27,026 nucleotides of DNA, from UHGV virus genome UHGV-0327176; one strand, given 5' to 3'. The translations under genes and the position numbers were made by a program. The notes under the pieces are model-generated. The model worked only from the letters and a program-made list of their open reading frames with translations, did no database searches and was not told where the DNA came from. The DNA is from a virus. This document shows positions 17,752-25,817 of the stretch, piece after piece. The first letter of the stretch is position 1. Every line of letters begins with the position of its first letter.

Positions 17752-19753
17752 CGCAGATACGATTAAAGATTTCCTTGTTTCGCTGGGATTCGATATCGAT
17801 CAGGCTGGCGCTAATAAGTTTGAAGCCGTGCTGAAAGGTGTTACCGCGAACGTTCTGAAGGTCGGCGCGGTGGTGGAAGGCGCAGCGCTGAGCATTGTCG
17901 GATTTACCACCCAGATCGCGAATGGTCTGGATAAAATTTACTGGGCATCCCAGCGGACGGGGGCCAGCGTCCAGGGCATCAAAGCGCTGGGCTATGCCGC
18001 ATCGCAAACCGGTGCCAGCGCCGAGTCGGCTATGTCCTCCCTCGAAGGGCTGGCGGGGTTCATGCGTAGCAATCCGGGGGCGGAAGGCTTCCTGAACCGC
18101 CTGGGTGTCCAGACCCGTGATGCCAGCGGAAAGATGCGTGATACTGCGGCCATCTTTACTGGCGTTGGGCAAAAGCTCAACAACATGCCGTATTACCGCG
18201 CGAAGCAATACGCGCAGATGCTTGGCATCGATGAAAACACGCTGATGGCGATGCGGCGCGGCATGAATGGCTTTACCGCCGATTACCAGTCGATGCTGCA
18301 AAAGACAAGGTTCAACGCTGATAAAGCGGCTGTTCAGTCCAACAAATTCATGACGTCCATGCGCGGGCTTACGTCGCTGTTCGGCATCATGCGGGACAAG
18401 ATCGGCTCAAACCTCGCTGGTGGCCTGGCTGGTTCGCTGGACAGCCTGCGGCGGCGCATCCTCGACAATTTCCCGAAGATTGAAGAGACGCTTACCAGAG
18501 TTATTAACGGCGTGATCTGGCTTGCGAACGCATTCACGAGAATGGCGTGGCGGCTGATACAGGGCGCTGGCTCTGTCATCGACTGGTGGAAGCGTCTTGA
18601 CGATGGCAGTAAAAATCTGCTGAAAATATTCGGTGCTCTACTTGTCGCATGGCGTCTGCTTAATTCTGCGTTCCTGAAATCCCCGATTGGAATTATCACC
18701 ACGCTGATTCTGGCGATCGGATTACTCTATGACGATTACCAGACGTGGAAAGAGGGCGGAAAAAGCCTGATTGACTGGAGCAAGTGGGAACCAGCAATAG
18801 AAAAGGCGAAAAAGGCAATTATCTGGCTGCGAGATAAGCTGTTGGAGCTAAAAGATTCTGTCGGTGGGTGGCAGAACTCACTGGAAATTTTGGCTACCTT
18901 CATTGCAGGGGTATGGTTAAGCAAAATAACCTCTGCATTTGCTAAGTTAGCCGGAATACCTATGCCGCCATGGCTGAAGCTGTGGGCTATTTATGCCGGG
19001 TATCTGGTGGACGACAGGCATAATATTAAAGAAAGCGCTAAATCATCATGGGACTACACCAAAGGAAACATCGGAGATGCGCTCCGCTGGATGGGGTTTA
19101 ATACCGATTTTGGCCGCAATCCCAATACCGTGTATGGCGCGAATATTCAGTCAGATATTCCAGGCGCTGAACCGGAGCAATACGCCCAGTCAGTGAAGCG
19201 CCCACAAGCCACAGCCCAGGGTAAGGTATTGCTCGACTGGATGGGGCCAATGTTCAATAAACTGGAGTCGCTTTATCAGCTGCCAGCTGGCCTGTTGAAA
19301 AGCGTGGCGATCACCGAGTCGGGTGGTAACCAGTTCGCCATATCCGGCGCAGGCGCGAAAGGACTGTTTCAGTTTATGGATGGCACGGCGCGCGACATGG
19401 GCCTGCGTGGGAATGATGTATTCGACCCGGAAAAGTCAGCTCAGGCAGCCGCTAAGTACCTCAGCCAGCTGTTGCGGCAGAACGGCGGAGACCTTAGCAA
19501 AGCACTGGCATCATATAACTGGGGGATCGGGAATGTTAAGCGTTATGGAATGGGGCTAATGCCGCAGGAAACGCGCAATTACATTCCGAAAGTAATGAGC
19601 AATATGCCCACCAGCGCCCCGGTGATTCAGCAGGAAACGAACATTAACATCCACGGCGTTTCCGATCCTCGCGAAGCTGCCCGTTTGACTGTTGACCGTC
19701 AAAAGGGCGTGAATTCACAGTTAACCCAGCAACTCCCCGCAGGACCGAGATAA
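17741..19753 (+). CDS. Tape measure protein with a C-terminal lytic transglycosylase (SLT) motif
   Basis: 670 aa ORF after the chaperone, with hydrophobic segments in the middle (IFGALLVAWRLL, IITTLILAIGLLY). The segment ITESGGNQFAISGAGAKGLFQFMDGTARDMGL matches the catalytic-Glu-Ser lytic transglycosylase motif. Confidence 0.75.
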   Translation: MSGNADTIKDFLVSLGFDIDQAGANKFEAVLKGVTANVLKVGAVVEGAALSIVGFTTQIANGLDKIYWASQRTGASVQGIKALGYAASQTGASAESAMSSLEGLAGFMRSNPGAEGFLNRLGVQTRDASGKMRDTAAIFTGVGQKLNNMPYYRAKQYAQMLGIDENTLMAMRRGMNGFTADYQSMLQKTRFNADKAAVQSNKFMTSMRGLTSLFGIMRDKIGSNLAGGLAGSLDSLRRRILDNFPKIEETLTRVINGVIWLANAFTRMAWRLIQGAGSVIDWWKRLDDGSKNLLKIFGALLVAWRLLNSAFLKSPIGIITTLILAIGLLYDDYQTWKEGGKSLIDWSKWEPAIEKAKKAIIWLRDKLLELKDSVGGWQNSLEILATFIAGVWLSKITSAFAKLAGIPMPPWLKLWAIYAGYLVDDRHNIKESAKSSWDYTKGNIGDALRWMGFNTDFGRNPNTVYGANIQSDIPGAEPEQYAQSVKRPQATAQGKVLLDWMGPMFNKLESLYQLPAGLLKSVAITESGGNQFAISGAGAKGLFQFMDGTARDMGLRGNDVFDPEKSAQAAAKYLSQLLRQNGGDLSKALASYNWGIGNVKRYGMGLMPQETRNYIPKVMSNMPTSAPVIQQETNINIHGVSDPREAARLTVDRQKGVNSQLTQQLPAGPR

Positions 19754-20355
19754 TGGATATTTTATCAGCGATTTTTCGCCAGCAATCCCGGCGAATTGGC
19801 CTGCTGATCCCCAGCGTGGTCGTCTCCGAAAAGCATTCTGATGCGCTCGAAATTACTGAGCACCCGGTGGAGAAGCCAACAACGAATAGCGCTTCGGGCT
19901 TCATCGCCGATCATGCGTATAAGCGCCCCAGCGAAGTCACAATGGAATGCGGCTTCGCTGGTGGCGGTTCGTTGCTGGACTTCATTGATACATCTTCAAT
20001 CGGCCTCAGCGCCGGACTAAGCCCGAAAGAGACCTATCAGCAACTGCTGGATCTCCAGTCCTCTCGGGTGCCGTTCGATGTGATGACCGGAAAGCGGGTG
20101 TACAGCAATATGCTGGTGCGAGCCATCGAGGTGACAACGGACAAAACCAGCGAAAACGTGCTGAACTGCACGCTTACCCTGCGTGAAGTGATCATGTCGC
20201 AAACGCAGAGCGTTAGTGTTGCTGATAAATCAGATATGCAGGATGGCGTCAGCACATCGGCGGTGCAAAATTCCGGGACGAAATCCACTACACAGCCAAA
20301 CGAATCCTTGCTGAGCCAGCTTGGCGGAAGCGTTACATCAGCATTCGGGGGATGA
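19753..20355 (+). CDS. Hypothetical tail/baseplate protein
   Basis: 200 aa ORF whose ATG overlaps the tape measure stop. Called by position between tape measure and hub. Confidence 0.45.
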   Translation: MDILSAIFRQQSRRIGLLIPSVVVSEKHSDALEITEHPVEKPTTNSASGFIADHAYKRPSEVTMECGFAGGGSLLDFIDTSSIGLSAGLSPKETYQQLLDLQSSRVPFDVMTGKRVYSNMLVRAIEVTTDKTSENVLNCTLTLREVIMSQTQSVSVADKSDMQDGVSTSAVQNSGTKSTTQPNESLLSQLGGSVTSAFGG

Positions 20356-20356
20356 T

Positions 20357-20662
20357 ATGCAGTTTAACGAAATACCGCTTTCTCCTGACAATCAGCAGTT
20401 CCGCGTTTTGCTGGGCAATACCACCTATACGCTCAGGATCATCTGGCGCGATGCGGCTGGCTGGATCATGGACGTGATGGATAGCGGCGGTGCTGCGCTT
20501 CTTTCTGGCGTGCCGCTGGTAACCGGTGTAAATCTTCTTGAGCAATATCCTCAACTAGGTATTAACGGGGCGCTGCTCGTTGGCTGCGATGTAGGCGCAC
20601 CGGACGAGCCCACCAAAACCAACCTCGGCACATACAGCCACCTCATTTTCGTGCAGGAGTAG
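20357..20662 (+). CDS. Hypothetical small tail protein
   Basis: 101 aa from the ATG at 20357, with GGGGG upstream and 1 nt after the preceding stop. The ORF track starts at 20321. Confidence 0.45.
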   Translation: MQFNEIPLSPDNQQFRVLLGNTTYTLRIIWRDAAGWIMDVMDSGGAALLSGVPLVTGVNLLEQYPQLGINGALLVGCDVGAPDEPTKTNLGTYSHLIFVQE

Positions 20663-20664
20663 AA

Positions 20665-21729
20665 ATGTCTCTTAACTGGATGCGCCATTTTGAGCTGCAA
20701 CTGTTGGACCAGAACGGGCAGGGCGTTTCCCTGTCTGACTTTAAGGTCACGTTCCAGATCGAGTGGGCAGACACACGCTGGCCGCGCGTGGCGAACGTGA
20801 AAATTTACAACCTTTCGACCGATACCACGAACAAGATACTGGGGCAGGAGTTTGCCAAAATTCGCATCATTGCCGGGTATGACGGTATAGCGCCGGATGT
20901 TGATGCGAGCCAGGTCGGCGTCGCCCGAGAGATTTCACCAGACCAGATAGGGCAGGTGAACGGTCAGAACTACGGCCTGATTTTTGACGGTGATATTCGC
21001 TTTACCGTAACCGGGAAGGACAACATTACCGATTCCTGGGTGTTGATTCAGGCTATTGGAGATCATGAAGCGTTCCTCTACGCGACTACCATCACTACGC
21101 TTGCCGCTGGCTATACCGTTGCGGATCTGCACCGGGCGACGATGCAGGATTTCAACGTGTTCGGCGTGACACAGGGCATTACCGGCGATTTTCCTGATAC
21201 CGTGTTTCCTCGTGGCCGCGCGATTTACTCATCCACTCGTAACGTGATGGATAATATTGCAGCGCAGTGCAAAGCGACATGGCAGCTGGTGGATGGTCAG
21301 GTCCAGATGGTGCCGGAGGATAAATATATTCACGAAGCCATTGTGTTGAATGCCAATACTGGCCTGATTGGTATGCCGCAACAGACGATGGGCGGCGGCG
21401 TAAACGTGCGGTGCCTGATAAACCCAAACATCCGCATTAATGGTCTTATCCAGCTCGATCAGGCTTCGGTGTACCGCGCGTCGCTCGGTAATAGCGAAAT
21501 CGCACAGTCGCCCGGGCGTATCACCGAAACTGAAGAGAATGGCAACCGTGTGCTGACCGGTACGACGTCACAGGCTGCCAGCATTGCGACGGATGGCGTT
21601 TATATCGTCAAAGCTATCGACTATACTGGCGACACCAGAGGTCAGGCGTGGTACATGGATTTGATGTGCTTTGCGCGTGGCAGTCGTGAATTATATAGTC
21701 AGTCGACGCTCCAAAAAGTACAGGTGTGA
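20665..21729 (+). CDS. Putative baseplate hub protein (P2 gpD / Mu P-like position)
   Basis: 354 aa ORF upstream of the spike-like gene in a P2/Mu-like baseplate gene order. Family inferred from order and size only. Confidence 0.5.
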   Translation: MSLNWMRHFELQLLDQNGQGVSLSDFKVTFQIEWADTRWPRVANVKIYNLSTDTTNKILGQEFAKIRIIAGYDGIAPDVDASQVGVAREISPDQIGQVNGQNYGLIFDGDIRFTVTGKDNITDSWVLIQAIGDHEAFLYATTITTLAAGYTVADLHRATMQDFNVFGVTQGITGDFPDTVFPRGRAIYSSTRNVMDNIAAQCKATWQLVDGQVQMVPEDKYIHEAIVLNANTGLIGMPQQTMGGGVNVRCLINPNIRINGLIQLDQASVYRASLGNSEIAQSPGRITETEENGNRVLTGTTSQAASIATDGVYIVKAIDYTGDTRGQAWYMDLMCFARGSRELYSQSTLQKVQV

Positions 21730-21730
21730 T

Positions 21731-22081
21731 ATGACAAAAATTAGGAATGTTATCTGCGGAGCCGTTCTTTCGTTGGTCGGAGCTTCAACTGCAATGGCTG
21801 ATACCCAATGCGGGCCATATCGCCTCACCGCAGGTAATGATGGTTTTATGCATATTAATGGTGTAAAGCCAGAAAACCAGAAAATGACCTTTCTGAAAGC
21901 CAAGGAAGATTATCAAAATCTCAAGATGGAATGGACGGTTGCAACTAATCAACCCGGCCGCTGGGTTGGGCTTGAGTACATCAAGCGCAACGGCAAAGCC
22001 ATTCTCAACGCACAGTGGCTGCAAGCCAGCATGGATTCGCCGCGTCAGTATGCAACATACGACTGCCGAAAAGTAAAATAG
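21731..22081 (+). CDS. Moron: secreted (periplasmic) protein with a Sec signal peptide, unknown function
   Basis: ATG at 21731, 1 nt after the hub stop, with AGGTG upstream. The N-terminus MTKIRNVICGAVLSLVGASTAMA/DTQCG is a typical signal peptide with an AxA cleavage site. Two Cys in the mature part. GC content is lower than the flanking tail genes. Stop TAG at 22079-22081 runs into a GC hairpin. Confidence 0.6.
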   Translation: MTKIRNVICGAVLSLVGASTAMADTQCGPYRLTAGNDGFMHINGVKPENQKMTFLKAKEDYQNLKMEWTVATNQPGRWVGLEYIKRNGKAILNAQWLQASMDSPRQYATYDCRKVK

Positions 22082-22099
22082 CCCGCCAGATAGGCGGGC
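22081..22099. terminator. Shared hairpin between the convergent moron genes (intrinsic terminator for the - strand gene)
   Basis: Perfect 7-bp stem gcccgcc / ggcgggc with loop agata. On the - strand it is followed by TATTTTACTTTT; on the + strand it is preceded by an A-rich run. Confidence 0.55.
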
Positions 22100-22104
22100 A
22101 TGCG

Positions 22105-22395
22105 TCAAAAATATTGAGCTTTAATTATAATAAACACAATAATTACGAACAGGATGTTTCTAATTATTTTTTGCTTATGAGTAAGTTGTTTTTTTTCTGT
22201 CGATTTCCCGGGAGAGTAAAGGTTAGTGGTATGCGACAGCCCCGTGCCGGGAAGGCCATTTGTCATCTTTACGCCTTTTTTTCCGATGTTAATGGTGGAA
22301 CCTTTACCACCAATTGAAGTGCTTACTCCGCTTTTACTAATGTTGATCGCGAGTCCGGGCGCAATCCGGATTCTTTTACGAAATCTAAATCCCAT
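22105..22395 (-). CDS. Moron: small membrane-anchored protein, N-terminal domain recalled as DUF4236-like
   Basis: The only standalone - strand ORF in the window. Strong ribosome-binding site AGGAG 6 nt before the ATG (read on the - strand). The N-terminus MGFRFRKRIRIAPGLAINISKSGVSTSIGGKGSTINIGKKG...GLPGTGLS matches my recollection of the DUF4236 signature. C-terminal hydrophobic helix IIRNILFVIIVFIII. Very AT-rich 3' half. Confidence 0.65.
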   Translation of the reverse strand: MGFRFRKRIRIAPGLAINISKSGVSTSIGGKGSTINIGKKGVKMTNGLPGTGLSHTTNLYSPGKSTEKKQLTHKQKIIRNILFVIIVFIIIKAQYF

Positions 22396-22582
22396 TTGTT
22401 ACTCCTGTAGTCAATAATGCGATGGTGCAGGTCCACTCTATGGCGGCTTCATGGCTGAAATTGATTTTCAATGCTTACTTGTTGCAAACATATCCTAATA
22501 CACCTTGTGAATGTGTGCCATTGCAGCGGAAAAGCCTTACTTCACACTGATGTAGCTTAGTTACTAAGAGATAATTGATACC

Positions 22583-22607
22583 AAACCAGCTTCGGCTGGT
22601 TTTTTTA
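22583..22607 (+). terminator. Intrinsic terminator at the right edge of the moron island
   Basis: Stem accagc / gctggt (22585-22600) with loop ttcg, followed by a T-run of 6-7, about 10 nt upstream of the spike gene ATG. Confidence 0.55.
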
Positions 22608-22617
22608 TGGGGGTTTT

Positions 22618-23358
22618 ATGCCAATTCCAACTCAATCACAGATCGGGGGTGAGCAGCAGACCGCGCAGGCCATTGCCGATTCGGTGTCTACCCAGATGCG
22701 CGTAGCGATGCCCGGCATCATTCAGTCGTTCGATCCTGACACTGTTACCTGCACAGTAGAGGTAGCGCTTCGCGGTATTGTTGGCGATGGCTCCACCGAA
22801 TTAAAACCGCTGGTGGATGTGCCGGTTATCTTCCCGCGCGGCGGCGGTTGCACGCTGACCTTTCCGGTAAAAGAAGGCGACGAGTGCCTGCTGATCTTTG
22901 CCGACCGTTGCATCGATTTCTGGTGGCAGAGCGGCGGCGTTCAGGAGACCGTCGATCCGCGACAGCATGACTTATCTGATGCGTTCGCCATCGTTGGCCC
23001 GCAGTCGCAAGCACAGAAAATCAGCGGTATCAGTACCAGCGCCGCGCAGCTGCGAACCGATGATGGTGCGGCGTTCGTAGAGGTTGCCGCAGGACATAAC
23101 ATCACCGTTCAAACACCGGGCCAGCTCACGGCTACGGCTGAAGGTGGAACGACAATCACATCCCCGACTATCACGCTGAACGGCAACGTAACGATTAATG
23201 GCAATCTGTCTCAGGGAATGGGCGAAAGTGGCGGTACTGCGACGATGCTTGGGCCGGTGACGGTGACTAACGATGTGAAGGCTGGAGGAAAGAGCCTCAT
23301 CCAGCATACCCATGGCGGTGTGCAGAATGGCAGCGGGAATACTACCGCGCCTAATTAA
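22618..23358 (+). CDS. Baseplate spike protein (gpV / Mu gp45-like)
   Basis: 246 aa ORF with a Gly/Thr-rich C-terminal region typical of spike beta-helix proteins, and HTHGG near the C-terminus reminiscent of the His-containing apex motif. Lies upstream of W-, J- and I-like genes. Confidence 0.65.
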   Translation: MPIPTQSQIGGEQQTAQAIADSVSTQMRVAMPGIIQSFDPDTVTCTVEVALRGIVGDGSTELKPLVDVPVIFPRGGGCTLTFPVKEGDECLLIFADRCIDFWWQSGGVQETVDPRQHDLSDAFAIVGPQSQAQKISGISTSAAQLRTDDGAAFVEVAAGHNITVQTPGQLTATAEGGTTITSPTITLNGNVTINGNLSQGMGESGGTATMLGPVTVTNDVKAGGKSLIQHTHGGVQNGSGNTTAPN

Positions 23359-23377
23359 AAACTACCAAACAGACAAA

Positions 23378-23410
23378 AGCCCCGGGTGCGCTAACACTTC
23401 GGGGCTTTTT
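23378..23410 (+). terminator. Candidate intrinsic terminator after the spike gene
   Basis: Stem agccccg (23378-23384) / cggggct (23400-23406) with a 15-nt loop, followed by TTTTT. Confidence 0.45.
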
Positions 23411-23484
23411 ACTTTCTGCACCTTGAGGATAGCAAGGGAGAATATGTGATTAATTTTAGCAAACTGATACGGGAGTTGCGAGTC

Positions 23485-23583
23485 ATGGGCGAAAAACTAC
23501 CCAACTGGAAATTCTTCCTCATCTGGGCCGTGTTCTTTTTATTCGGTCTGTCAAGCGTTATTAGCGCTATACGCTGGTGGTGA
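23485..23583 (+). CDS. Small hydrophobic peptide (32 aa, single predicted transmembrane helix)
   Basis: Not in the ORF track (under 60 aa). ATG at 23485 preceded by GGGAG with a 9-nt spacer. Translates to MGEKLPNWKFFLIWAVFFLFGLSSVISAIRWW then TGA at 23581-23583, 3 nt before the next gene's ATG. Confidence 0.4.
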   Translation: MGEKLPNWKFFLIWAVFFLFGLSSVISAIRWW

Positions 23584-23586
23584 TTT

Positions 23587-23940
23587 ATGCGATACAGACG
23601 TGAAGACACCGACGGTGATTACACTTTCGGGCAGGGTGACGATACTTTCCTTATCGACAGTCCGGAATGTGTCGCCCAGGCAGTAAAAACCCGCTTCGAG
23701 CTGTGGCGCGGTCAGTGGTTTCTCGATCTGACGGAAGGCACGCCGTATGTTCAGTCGGTGCTTGGTAAACAGCGATCTGACGTCTACATCCTGGCTATAC
23801 GTGAACGCATACAGGACACACCGGGCGTTCTGTCGATTCTTTCCTTCGATACCAATTATGACGGCACCAGCCGTCGCGTCACCTTCACTTCCTCCATTGA
23901 CACAATCTACGGCCAGACGACTGTAACAAGCGAGGCATAA
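23587..23940 (+). CDS. Baseplate protein (gpW / gp25-like position)
   Basis: 117 aa ORF immediately upstream of the J-like gene (stop/start TAAATG). Called by size and order. Confidence 0.5.
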   Translation: MRYRREDTDGDYTFGQGDDTFLIDSPECVAQAVKTRFELWRGQWFLDLTEGTPYVQSVLGKQRSDVYILAIRERIQDTPGVLSILSFDTNYDGTSRRVTFTSSIDTIYGQTTVTSEA

Positions 23941-25140
23941 ATGGCTTTGAACCTCGACACGCTGGGGCTATCGGCAACGGTAACCGCCCAGGGGATTAGT
24001 GCGCCTGATTACCAGACAATCCTTGATACACTGACCAGCTATTTCAGGCAGATTTACGGTAGTGATGCCTACCTCGAACCAGACAGCAAAGATGGGCAAA
24101 TGGTCGCGCTGGTGGCTCTTGCGGTGCATGACGCTAACAATACCGCTATCGAGATCTACAACTCTTTTTCACCGACGACAGCGCAGGCCGCAGCGCTTAG
24201 CAACAATGTGAAAATTAACGGGATCACGCGAAAAGTAGCGACAAACTCTACTGCTGACCTTCTGTTAACCGGTACGGCAGGCACGACTATCACGAATGGC
24301 TCCGCACGGGATAAAAACGGCATTATCTGGAATTTTCCCGCAAGTGTAGCGATCGGCGTTGATGGTACTGTGCTGGTGACGGCCACATGTGCGAATAGCG
24401 GTTCGGTTGCTGCGATGGCCGGGACTATTACCACCATTAACACACCGACTCGTGGCTGGGTTTCGGTAACCAATCCTGCTGCAGCTACTGTAGGCACTCC
24501 AGCAGAAACTGATGCGGAGTTACGTATCCGCCAGTCGCAAAGCGTCGCGCTACCATCGATCACACCGTTTGAAGGTGTCGACGGTGCAATAGCTAACGTT
24601 GCTGGCGTGACACGTCACAAGTTGTATGAGAACGACACAGGAACAACAGACAGCAACGGGCTACCGCCGCACTCAATTTCCGCCATCGTCGATGGTGGGG
24701 ATGTTACCGAAATAGCCCAGACCATCAGGGGGAATAAAGGACAGGGAACGGCAACCTACGGGACAACTTCTGTCACGGTGCCGGATACTTACGGTAATCC
24801 TCACGTCATCAGTTTTTCACGCTCTACCGATGTGCCAATTTTCGTAGCCATTACCCTGAAAGTTTTTACCGGCTATACCTCTCAAATCGGCGAGCAGATT
24901 AAACAGGCTGTTGCCGATTATATAAATGGCCTAACAATTGGCGACGACGTTCTGCTGAGCCGTATTTATTCCCCGGCAAACCTCGGCGTTGTGAGCGGCG
25001 GGAATGCCCGCTATTACGATATTACCGACCTGCTGATCGGTAAGTCGTCTGGCAGCGTATCGGCATCAAACATTGATATTGCCTATGATGCTTCAGCGTC
25101 CTGTAGCACCGCGAATATCAGTATCACGGTGACCTCATGA
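23941..25140 (+). CDS. Baseplate J-like protein
   Basis: 399 aa ORF in the conserved V-W-J-I order. Size and position match baseplate wedge J-family proteins. Confidence 0.7.
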   Translation: MALNLDTLGLSATVTAQGISAPDYQTILDTLTSYFRQIYGSDAYLEPDSKDGQMVALVALAVHDANNTAIEIYNSFSPTTAQAAALSNNVKINGITRKVATNSTADLLLTGTAGTTITNGSARDKNGIIWNFPASVAIGVDGTVLVTATCANSGSVAAMAGTITTINTPTRGWVSVTNPAAATVGTPAETDAELRIRQSQSVALPSITPFEGVDGAIANVAGVTRHKLYENDTGTTDSNGLPPHSISAIVDGGDVTEIAQTIRGNKGQGTATYGTTSVTVPDTYGNPHVISFSRSTDVPIFVAITLKVFTGYTSQIGEQIKQAVADYINGLTIGDDVLLSRIYSPANLGVVSGGNARYYDITDLLIGKSSGSVSASNIDIAYDASASCSTANISITVTS

Positions 25141-25817
25141 GCAAATACACCGAACTGATCACTAACTACCACGCTACCAAGCCACTCTTTTTTGACCATA
25201 TAGATCTGAGCACCCGCCCGCTGATTGATGTGTCCAGCACTATGTCAGGGCTTATAACAGCCTTCGATATCGATACTGCTGTCGGTGTACAGCTCGACAT
25301 CCTCGGTCTGTGGATCGGACGCAGTCGCATAGTCAGCCAGCCAATTAGCGGAGTTTATTTCAGCTGGGACACTGACGGGCTTGGGTATGACCAGGGCATC
25401 TGGCAAGGGCCATATGATCCTGATTCTGGCTATACGACTCTAAGCGATGAGACGTACCGCATCATTCTGAAAGCGAAAATCGCTATCAACAACTGGGACG
25501 GTCGGAACGACTCTCTGCCTCCCATCCTTGACGCTGCTACCGCAGGCTCAGGCCTGAGGATGCAGATCGTCGACAACCAGGACATGACGATTTCGGTCTG
25601 GGTTTTCCCTGAAACTGATATTTCTGATGTGTCTCTCGAACTGATCGCCGCTATCAAACAGGGCTATCTCACCGTTAAATCAGCTGGCGTATGGGCCGGT
25701 GATGTTGAAACGCCTTCGGTTGAAACACCTTCCGAGGGTTCTAAATTCTTTGGGTTTGATATTGATAACGAATACATCAGTGGTTTTGATGTAGGGGCAT
25801 GGGGAGTATTACTCTGA
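25137..25817 (+). CDS. Baseplate/tail protein (P2 gpI / Mu gp48-like)
   Basis: 226 aa ORF overlapping the J-like stop (ATGA), upstream of the tail fiber. Recalled as DUF2313-like; not verified. Confidence 0.6.
   Translation: MSKYTELITNYHATKPLFFDHIDLSTRPLIDVSSTMSGLITAFDIDTAVGVQLDILGLWIGRSRIVSQPISGVYFSWDTDGLGYDQGIWQGPYDPDSGYTTLSDETYRIILKAKIAINNWDGRNDSLPPILDAATAGSGLRMQIVDNQDMTISVWVFPETDISDVSLELIAAIKQGYLTVKSAGVWAGDVETPSVETPSEGSKFFGFDIDNEYISGFDVGAWGVLL

Noticed and set aside
22015-22417. + strand ORFs of 100 aa and 63 aa in the moron region
   Set aside because: They overlap the 3' end of the secreted-protein gene and run antisense to the better-supported - strand gene. No ribosome-binding site and low-complexity translations.
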